Source of the DNA: Prochloron sp.
GTDB lineage: Bacteria; Cyanobacteriota; Cyanobacteriia; Cyanobacteriales; Prochloraceae
Assembly: GCA_965198675.1 (NCBI GenBank)
Contig: OZ240666.1
Span: 2,656,666-2,720,665 of the forward strand
Direction: 5' to 3'
Length of the DNA stretch: 64,000 bases
Under the pieces are notes generated by a model. The model had not been told where the DNA came from, did no database searches, and was given only the letters and a program-made list of their open reading frames with translations. Positions 56,741-64,000 of the stretch are shown here, piece by piece; the first letter of the stretch is position 1; every line of letters begins with the position of its first letter. A program made the position numbers and the translations under genes.

Positions 56741-59369
56741 ATTAGAGTCGAGGGAGGTGTTACCACCTCGCCCCTCTCCTACGAACTGTACGTGAGACTT
56801 TCACCTCATACAGCTCAGGTATCTCTATGCCTTTACGGCGCGCTTTACGAGTCCGTCTTTAATTCTCTTCCGATGAATCGTCTGAGCTTGGTGACATTCC
56901 CTATGAAGAGCAACTAGATTTTTCATATCCCAGTTGTTGTGGTCCCCGTCTTTGTGGTGCAACTCCACCGGACCATCTATCTCCATGAACAATCGGTTGC
57001 AATGCGTACATTTCCCTTTCTGTCGCTTAATAGCTTTAGCGGTTGGTCCCTCATAAAGTTCAGAGTTCCGACCAACCCAATAGGCTATATTCCCATTGAA
57101 GGGTGAGGCACTACCTTTGACCATTACGTGACTATTCACTTCCCAGGAAACTTTAGGAAATGCTTTATCCACCTGCTCTTTCGTGAGCTGGCGCTTTGCT
57201 GCTCCCTTCTTCGCCTTCTTACCTTCAATGGCTTGACGACGCGCTTTTTCGGCCTCCTTTTGGTCTTGCCTGCGTTTATCTGCCCTTAGTTTGCGCCATA
57301 ACCATTGGCGCAGTGACCATAGAGCGTGTTTTGACATATCGCAGAATTTATGGTAATTCCTCCAGCCACGGACCTGTGTTCCTATTTTCTTTAGCCGAGC
57401 TTCTGTGCTCAACTCTTTGTTCTTCCAGGTTGCTTTAACTTTGGCCTTTATTTCCGCATAATTCTTTTGGCTCGGTGCGGATTTAAATGTTCCTCGTGAG
57501 TTGACGCGAAAACGCCATCCCAGAAAGTCAAATCCATCCGTAGCTCTCCTCATCTCAGTCTTATCTTCGTTTATTCTTAGCCCTCTGGACTTGAGAAATT
57601 CGTCTATATCTCGCCTCAGCTTTTTGGTATCAGCTTTTGATTTACAGATAAAGACCGCGTCATCCGCGTAACGTATACCCCTTATACTTTCAGATTTTGT
57701 AAACCCATTCTTTTTACCTTTGTGGTATTTTTGGGTTCTCGTAATTTGGTCTGACCCTAGGTTCTCGAATCCATCTAGGGCTATATTTGCCAGTAATGGG
57801 GATATCACTCCACCTTGCGGCGTGCCCTTCACACTAGAGGGGTATTCACCACGGACACCAGCTTTAACCGCAATTTTCAAACCTAGTTTGGCTTCAGTTG
57901 GTAAGATAACGCCTTTGAGTATGACTTTGTGGTCAATCTCGTCGAAGCATTTACTGATATCCGTCTCCAGAACCAGCTTATCCTTACCCTTAGCCTTGCT
58001 TTTTAGGTTGTCAAATATTAGCTTCTGTGCGTCCGCAGTACAGCGACCGGGTCTGAAGCCGTAGCTTCTTTCCCCGGCTATAGCTTCGTAAGCTGGCTCT
58101 GCTGCTAATTTAAGCAGCGCTTGCCATGCTCTGTCTGCTATTGTTGGTATGCCTAATCCTCGTGTTTTGCCGTTAGGCTTGGGGATGTTTACCCTTCTTA
58201 GTTGTTGGTGTCTCCAGTGGTACCAGTGCTTATTTAGCCTCTGACACAACACCAGACGCTCTCGTGTAGAGAGTGCAGTTTTTCCATCAACTCCGGGGGT
58301 CTTCTTCCCTTGATTCAGCTGTGTTACTTGTTTGACGGCCAAAGCTTGAGCTGCACGACTTCTCAATAGAAGCCGTTGTAAGAGTTTGACCTTAACTTTC
58401 TGATTGTATGCAAGCGCTTTGAAGATACTCCTCTGTAATCGAAAGACCTGACCCCGGAATCGCTTCCACGGCAAATCTTTCCAGACATCGTCAGCCTTCA
58501 GACTTATCTTTCTACCCCGCAGGAATACTGCAAGGTGAAGTTTTAAATCCTCTATGCTGCGGTATTCGATTGGGGCTACCTTAGTGCTTTGCACAGCTTA
58601 AGCTCCTTAATTCGCTCTGATAATTACATTGTGTGTCTTCTCTTTAGAAACCCTCGGGCAGTTACGCCCTCTCTTACCCTCGCTCTTCCGTTAGGCTGTT
58701 AATCAAGCAGCCCCACCACCTCACATGTTGGGCTTGGAATCCCCTGTTTTAGTCGAAGTCGAGCGAGTTTTTACTCGTTCCGAATGAACTATTGTTACGA
58801 ACCCTTGGGGACTCACCCTTTGACCCACTACCAACTCAGGAATGTAAGTGGCAAACACTTACCCTTACGAGTCTTTATTCGGTGTCTCTTCTGTCGTATA
58901 TAACGGCCTTCCGACAGTGTCGGAACTTAGGTCTTTTCTCAGATGATTCACGTTAAGTTATCCCTGTGTTCTCCCTATTAGCGGAAGTATCTCTACCTAA
59001 CCGTTCGGTCGCACTTTACCGCCCTGTTGCCAGCTTCAGCCTGGTGATTAACCTCTCTGTGGCCAGATAAGGATTCACGCGATTCCCACGCGGGAGAGAC
59101 TTGGTTTCACGATTCCTGACCGTGTCCTCACTCTCATAATTCATTCAGTTGTCATGGTTCGGTAATCACTGCCTTAGAGTTTCGGAGTTCCACTTTAGTT
59201 CTCCTAATTTCCCTCGCATTTCCCTTGCGGGTCTAGCGCTCAGGTAGTGACTCAGAGTTCTGTTTTTCAGCCCCTTTCGGTGGCTTAGATTAACAGTCCC
59301 GATGTCCCAAAACCAAGCCCCTGCTTATGTTTGGCTTACGCCTCAGCTTTCACAGGGAACGAGCCGCAC
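56741..59369 (-). mobile_element. group II intron (about 2.63 kb) with RT/maturase/HNH ORF in domain IV
   Basis: The 5' end GTGCGG lies at 59369. Domain V, GAGCTGTATGAGGTGAAAGTCTCACGTACAGTTC, lies at 56816-56783, 9 nt after the ORF stop. A domain VI-like hairpin with a bulged A follows, and the putative 3' end ..CTCTAAT lies at about 56741 (plus or minus a few nt). Confidence 0.8.
56825..58594 (-). CDS. group II intron reverse transcriptase/maturase with C-terminal HNH endonuclease domain
   Basis: It has RT motifs (..TPQGGVISPLLANIALD.., RGIRYADDAVFIC), a maturase X region and an HNH domain (C.HCN..ELHHKDGDHNNWDMKNLVALHRECH). It starts with GTG. Confidence 0.9.
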   Translation of the reverse strand: MQSTKVAPIEYRSIEDLKLHLAVFLRGRKISLKADDVWKDLPWKRFRGQVFRLQRSIFKALAYNQKVKVKLLQRLLLRSRAAQALAVKQVTQLNQGKKTPGVDGKTALSTRERLVLCQRLNKHWYHWRHQQLRRVNIPKPNGKTRGLGIPTIADRAWQALLKLAAEPAYEAIAGERSYGFRPGRCTADAQKLIFDNLKSKAKGKDKLVLETDISKCFDEIDHKVILKGVILPTEAKLGLKIAVKAGVRGEYPSSVKGTPQGGVISPLLANIALDGFENLGSDQITRTQKYHKGKKNGFTKSESIRGIRYADDAVFICKSKADTKKLRRDIDEFLKSRGLRINEDKTEMRRATDGFDFLGWRFRVNSRGTFKSAPSQKNYAEIKAKVKATWKNKELSTEARLKKIGTQVRGWRNYHKFCDMSKHALWSLRQWLWRKLRADKRRQDQKEAEKARRQAIEGKKAKKGAAKRQLTKEQVDKAFPKVSWEVNSHVMVKGSASPFNGNIAYWVGRNSELYEGPTAKAIKRQKGKCTHCNRLFMEIDGPVELHHKDGDHNNWDMKNLVALHRECHQAQTIHRKRIKDGLVKRAVKA

Positions 59370-60599
59370 AGATTTAGTTACTGTTAAAATCGTCACAGGG
59401 TTCAGAGGTGTAAAACGAGTCAAATCCGCCACTGGCACCGAACGAGAAACATTCACTTGGGAGATGCGATAATGCCACCCCCTGTTTTTAAACCAACTCA
59501 AAGCCGTACATAAATGCTCCACAGTAGCCAAAGCCAAAACCATCACCCCTCCAGGCAAAAGTTTCACGGCGCAACTAGGCACAATTTCCGCCATATTCCC
59601 CCCACTGCCGCCAATAAAAATCCGCTCTGGTGGGGGTAAGGTAAATAATATTCCTGGGGCAGTACCCCTAACCGCCACCACATTCGGAAGCTGGAAGCGC
59701 CGAGCATTCCCCTGAATCAAATGAATCCCCATGGCGGTTTTCTCAATGGCATATACCCTGGATCCAGGACACAAACGGGCAATTTCAATGGAGACAGAAC
59801 CAGTCCCCGCTCCCACATCCCAAACCACCTGATCCTCCTGTAAAGCTAAGTCCCCCAGCACCTGCAAACGTACCTCCCGCTTGGTCATCAATCCCGGGCG
59901 ATCTTCAAAACTCAAAAAGAGACGATCTGGCAATCCCAACAAGGGCAAACCATTCAAGTCCAGTTTCGCAACTTTGTCCGAAGGCAACACAATCAATACA
60001 TTTAAAGGGGAAAACTCCTGGTCGAGCAATTCTTCGATTTCCTCACCACTAAAACGAGAAACTCGTTCCGTCTTGCTCCCCAAATTTTCGCAGACCCAAA
60101 AATCGTAGGGAGTGGGTAAATCTAAAGCCAAACAATGAAGGGCAATCATCCCCGGTGTATAGGTAGTATCGGTCAACATAGCAATCTTGGACGCCCCCCG
60201 TAGCAACAAAGGGGTCAACGCTTCCATTCCCCGTCCGTGGAGGCTAACTACCTCTGCATCCTGCCAAGGTACCTTCACCCGACTAAAAGCCAATTGCACC
60301 GAACTGAGATGGGGATGAAAGCGCAATTTTTCCTCTGACAATTGCTTGAGCAGCAACCTTCCCCAACCGAAAAAGAGAGGGTCGCCGCTAACCAAAACCA
60401 CAACATTTTCATCCATGCGGCGGCCTATAATATCCATTGCTTGCTGCAAATCCCCCAACACCAGGCGGTCGCCCCGAAGACGAAAATAACTGAGGTGGCG
60501 CTTGATCCCTACCACAAGATTCGCCCCCTCCACTAACTGCCGTACTTTCGTCGTCAGCCCCGCCGCTCCATCTAAACCGATACCGACAACTTCAATCAT
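59343..60599 (-). CDS. cobL: precorrin-6Y C5,15-methyltransferase (decarboxylating), CbiE/CbiT fusion
   Basis: MIEVVGIGLDG.., the SAM motif VWDVGAGTGSVSIE and the C-terminal ..NPVTILTVTK are present. The last 8 codons (VRLVPCES) and the stop are intron sequence, and the exon ends at 59370. Confidence 0.85.
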   Translation of the reverse strand: MIEVVGIGLDGAAGLTTKVRQLVEGANLVVGIKRHLSYFRLRGDRLVLGDLQQAMDIIGRRMDENVVVLVSGDPLFFGWGRLLLKQLSEEKLRFHPHLSSVQLAFSRVKVPWQDAEVVSLHGRGMEALTPLLLRGASKIAMLTDTTYTPGMIALHCLALDLPTPYDFWVCENLGSKTERVSRFSGEEIEELLDQEFSPLNVLIVLPSDKVAKLDLNGLPLLGLPDRLFLSFEDRPGLMTKREVRLQVLGDLALQEDQVVWDVGAGTGSVSIEIARLCPGSRVYAIEKTAMGIHLIQGNARRFQLPNVVAVRGTAPGILFTLPPPERIFIGGSGGNMAEIVPSCAVKLLPGGVMVLALATVEHLCTALSWFKNRGWHYRISQVNVSRSVPVADLTRFTPLNPVTILTVTKSVRLVPCES

Positions 60600-60652
60600 T
60601 CATTAGACTATTAATCTGGACATGATATTATAAAAGGTAAAAAGGAAAGTAA

Positions 60653-61426
60653 ATGGATGTAATTCCAGCGATCGACTTACTGGCGAGGAAATGCGTGCGG
60701 TTGTACCAAGGAGACTATGAGCAATCCCAGGTATTTAGCGACAATCCGGTTACTATAGCAAGACAATGGGAAGAACAGGGAGCAACCAGACTCCACCTAA
60801 TTGATTTAGATGGAGCAAAAGAAGGAAAGCCAGTTAACTTAGAAGCAATAGAGGCCATTGTACGGGCAGTCTCTATCCCAGTGCAAGTGGGAGGAGGATT
60901 GCGCCATCGCCCCAGTATCGCCCAGCTCCTCCATCTCGGGGTCCACAAAGCCATTGTAGGTACAGTAGCTGTAGAACAACCGGAACTGGTAGGAGAACTC
61001 TGTCAAGAGTTTCCTGGACAAATTCTGGTGGGTATCGACGCTCGCAATGGGAAGGTAGCAACGAGGGGTTGGTTGGAAACATCTCAAGTAACTGCCGGGA
61101 GACTAGCTCAACAGATGGCAGCACTGGGAACAGCAGGGATTATCTACACCGACATTCATCGAGATGGCACTCTCAGCGGACCCAACCTAGACGCACTCCG
61201 GGAAATAGCGACACAGATTGAAATTCCTGTGATTGCTTCCGGTGGTGTTAGTTCCCTGACAGACTTGTTGAGTCTGCTAGCGTTAGAACCTATGGGGGTA
61301 GAGGGGGTAATTATCGGTCGCGCTATTTATACAGGAGATGTTGACTTATCAGAAGCGATCCAAGCCATAGGTGCGGGTCGTCTCCAAGATATTCCACCGA
61401 ATTTAGGTTCCTCTACCTTTGCGTGA
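60653..61426 (+). CDS. hisA: ProFAR isomerase (histidine biosynthesis)
   Basis: [22 protein letters not shown].., [20 protein letters not shown] and [11 protein letters not shown] are present. Confidence 0.92.
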   Translation: MDVIPAIDLLARKCVRLYQGDYEQSQVFSDNPVTIARQWEEQGATRLHLIDLDGAKEGKPVNLEAIEAIVRAVSIPVQVGGGLRHRPSIAQLLHLGVHKAIVGTVAVEQPELVGELCQEFPGQILVGIDARNGKVATRGWLETSQVTAGRLAQQMAALGTAGIIYTDIHRDGTLSGPNLDALREIATQIEIPVIASGGVSSLTDLLSLLALEPMGVEGVIIGRAIYTGDVDLSEAIQAIGAGRLQDIPPNLGSSTFA

Positions 61427-61496
61427 CATCCTCCCGAGGCTTACCCTAAGATTAGATATTCCTGTCCCACGCCATATCCTATTTCTTATCTAATTT

Positions 61497-62219
61497 ATGG
61501 AAAAGAATCTATCCGAGAAATTGCATGTTGACACGTCAATCTTAATTCACATAGAGATACAAAGCCAAATACAATCAGATTTTCCCAAGCGTATCTATGT
61601 TTATAATAGCCGTTTGCGAGACAAATATGACCTACAAGTAATTAGTTTAGCCGTCTTAGGAGACAACAACCAAAATTGGCGTCCCACAACTTACCAATAC
61701 AGTCGCTGGGGATTTACCATTACCTTGCAGTTTCCCATCGTGAAACTATTAGACTATCAACAGAACTGAGAGACTTTAGAACAAAGCAGTAATCCGTTTG
61801 CAGTTATTGTAATGGCTCATCTTTCAACTCAAGCAACTTCAGATAATCCCCAGCAACGGTTACAATCGAAATTGAGTTTAGTGCGGGGATTGTACCAACG
61901 AGGTTATAATAGGAATGAGATTCTGGAACTATTCCGGTTAATTGAGTGGATGATGGTTCTACCCAAAGGACTCGATAGTGAATTTAGAACTGAATTAAAG
62001 CGTGTAAGGGAGGAAAATAGGATGCCATATATTACAGGTTTTGAGCGAGATGGAATGGTACAAAATGCTCGGGAGTCGGCGATCGCTGTTTTAGAAACAC
62101 GATTTGAAGTAGTACCAAAACGGTTGCTGGATATGGTGAATACCTTTGAAAATCTCCAAAAGTTAAAAGAATTACTGCGACAGGCTGTTACAGTCCCCTC
62201 TTTGGAAGAATTTGAGTAA
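61497..62219 (+). pseudogene. PD-(D/E)XK putative transposase/Rpn-like protein with DUF4351-type C-terminus; 5'-truncated with an in-frame TGA
   Basis: ..ILIHIEIQSQIQSDFPKRIYVYNSRLRDKYDLQVISLAVLGDNNQNWRP.. is followed by an in-frame stop at 61767-61769 (..LLDYQQN*ETLEQSSNPFAVIVMAHL..). The DUF4351-like tail is ..RMPYITGFERDGMVQNARESAIAVLETRF. The usual roughly 50 N-terminal aa are absent. Confidence 0.55.
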
Positions 62220-62273
62220 ATTTTAGTCCAAAGTAAATCGGATTAAAACCTAAATTTTAGCGGTTAAACCCCC

Positions 62274-62813
62274 ATGAACAAAATAATTCTCTTCTCTGGA
62301 TATTTAATCCTCGCTGGTTTTCTCTCTGTTGGCTCTACCCTACCCCATAATACCGCCACTGTGCAAGAATTAGCTCAATCAAATCCGTCTCCAATGACCA
62401 TTAGGAGGTTAGAAAGAATACTTAAAGAAGTCGCTGGGGAGGTTCACTCTGAAAACGGTCAATTTTGGTTTGAGTTTCAAGGAAATTCCATCCTAGTGCT
62501 AACCAGTGCAAGTCAAGATCGTATGCGCATTATCACTCCAATTACTGATACTCCCAATCTTAGTACAGAGCAGTTGCATAAAATGATGATTGCTAATTTC
62601 CACACGGCTTTAGATGCTCGTTATGCTATTAGTGATGGGGTAGTTTATGCAGCCTTTATTCATCCTCTCTCTTCCCTAGCAGAAAGAGATTTACGCAGTG
62701 CTATTTCTCAAGTAGCTAACTTAGCTGCAACCTTTGGTACTAGCTATTCTAGCGGTGAATTGTTATTCAATCCAGGAAGTCCGCCAAGAAGGGTTAAACC
62801 ACCCAATTCATAA
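62274..62813 (+). CDS. secreted hypothetical protein
   Basis: 179-aa ORF with a signal-like N-terminus (IILFSGYLILAGFLSVGS). I recognise no motif with confidence. Confidence 0.4.
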   Translation: MNKIILFSGYLILAGFLSVGSTLPHNTATVQELAQSNPSPMTIRRLERILKEVAGEVHSENGQFWFEFQGNSILVLTSASQDRMRIITPITDTPNLSTEQLHKMMIANFHTALDARYAISDGVVYAAFIHPLSSLAERDLRSAISQVANLAATFGTSYSSGELLFNPGSPPRRVKPPNS

Positions 62814-62940
62814 CGCATTTAAATTGACCTAAACTATTTAAGCATTACCTTACTAATTTTGTCATAGGGTTTTGTGCGGTAATTATTAACCCCCAATACC
62901 GCACTCTGAACCCTCGAAAAGCGCTATATTAGATTTTATT

Positions 62941-64000
62941 TTAGGTTAACTGCCAAGAGTCGTCATCTGATATTTCTAAGACCGTTGTGTGATATTTTTT
63001 GAGACTAGGACGATGACCCACACTAATGAAAGTTGTGGACCTTTGTTGCAAGTGACCATAAAGACCTTCCTCGTTCTTCACGTCCAAGGCACTGGTAGCC
63101 TCGTCGAGAATAGCATAGTTGGGTTGCGATATCAAAATCCGGGCAAAAGCTACCCGCTGTTGTTCCCCTAAAGACAGTACACCAGCCCAATCTTTTTCTA
63201 CATCTAGACCCCCGAACCTATGGGCTAAATCAGGGAGATTAACTTGTTGCAATACTGCTTCCAGTTCTTCATCCCTAAGATTTAGATTACCATTGGGGTA
63301 GAGTAGCTGACTGCGGAGATTACCCAAAATCATATAGGGACGCTGGGGTAAAAAGAGCATTTCTGCTAATTTGGGACGGTAGATCGCCCCAGTGCCAGAA
63401 TCCCATAAACCAGCGATCGCCCTCAAGAGGGAACTTTTCCCACAACCACTCGCTCCCATAATGAGCAGTCCTTGTCCTGGTTGTAGTTCCAGGGAAATAT
63501 CCCGAAATAAAGTTCTTTGATAATTAGGAGTCTGTAAAGTTAGCCTAGAGCAAGCTAAACGTCCGTTTTCGACAGTATCAATCTTCTCCCGTTCCCCTAA
63601 TACCCCAGGAACTTGCTCGCGAATGGGTTCCAGATATTCGTGGAAGTCGTATAAGCGATTAATTCCCGCAGCAAAATTAGCCAGAGATTGGAAGCGATCC
63701 ACAATAATATTCAGAGAGCGAAAGATAGTAAAAAAGGCACCACTAGCTTCCGTTACTATCCCTACTTCCAACTCTCCATTAAAAATTCTCCCAGCAAGAA
63801 CTACTTGGGGAATGATATAAATAATAAACTCATAACCATTGGCGAACAAGCCCAAATATAGCTCTTGCCACAGTATCAGGAGATTAAAATTGTCGTATGC
63901 TTTGTCAAATTGTTGCTTTACTTGATCATATTCTCGTTCTTCCCCACGATAAAAGGCAATGGACTCAGCATTTTCCCGAATGCGCACGAGAGCGAAACGG
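62941..64000 (-). CDS. ABC transporter, fused permease/ATP-binding protein (ABCD/SbmA-BacA-like); 5' end outside the window
   Basis: Walker A GASGCGKSSLLRAIAGLW, signature LSLGEQQRVAFARIL and Walker B AILDEATSALD are present. The preceding TMD end is ..ESIAFYRGEEREY... The ORF runs off the window edge. Confidence 0.85.
   Translation of the reverse strand, partial: RFALVRIRENAESIAFYRGEEREYDQVKQQFDKAYDNFNLLILWQELYLGLFANGYEFIIYIIPQVVLAGRIFNGELEVGIVTEASGAFFTIFRSLNIIVDRFQSLANFAAGINRLYDFHEYLEPIREQVPGVLGEREKIDTVENGRLACSRLTLQTPNYQRTLFRDISLELQPGQGLLIMGASGCGKSSLLRAIAGLWDSGTGAIYRPKLAEMLFLPQRPYMILGNLRSQLLYPNGNLNLRDEELEAVLQQVNLPDLAHRFGGLDVEKDWAGVLSLGEQQRVAFARILISQPNYAILDEATSALDVKNEEGLYGHLQQRSTTFISVGHRPSLKKYHTTVLEISDDDSWQLT

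Overview
This is a cyanobacterial chromosomal window: HIP1 GCGATCGC octamers occur throughout, and ndhH, ycf39, rpaA and a Psb32-like TPM gene are present. I infer a repeat-rich filamentous lineage.

About 35 apparently intact genes, mostly housekeeping or conserved cyanobacterial, include aroC, nadK, ycf39, gloB, rpaA, rsmH, ndhH, dnaN, a ROK kinase, coaD, mnmG, galE, cobL, hisA, fetB, an ABC1 kinase and an aldo/keto reductase.

They are interleaved with a heavy load of decayed mobile and selfish DNA:
- two inverted IS1-family copies, each killed by a different nonsense codon;
- an IS605-type element with intact tnpA but a shredded tnpB;
- two more TnpB stubs and an ISAs1 stub;
- a GTA/phage tail-gene remnant;
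- three hicBA cassettes, two with broken toxins;
- xisH/xisI and PIN/UPF0175 remnants;
- one complete ORF-containing group II intron in the last codons of cobL.

Several families of miniature palindromic repeats and heptamer (STRR-like) arrays saturate the intergenic DNA.

The most notable observations are:
1. GC-rich palindromic elements inserted in frame inside dnaN, a ROK kinase gene, a TonB-like gene (twice) and xisI.
2. A roughly 37-codon dnaA 3' stub fused to a TnpB stub directly upstream of dnaN.
3. A roughly 2,950-aa multidomain surface-protein gene split only by a T6 homopolymer frameshift.

I found no rRNA, tRNA or CRISPR array by eye. All family assignments rest on motif recognition, without any database search.
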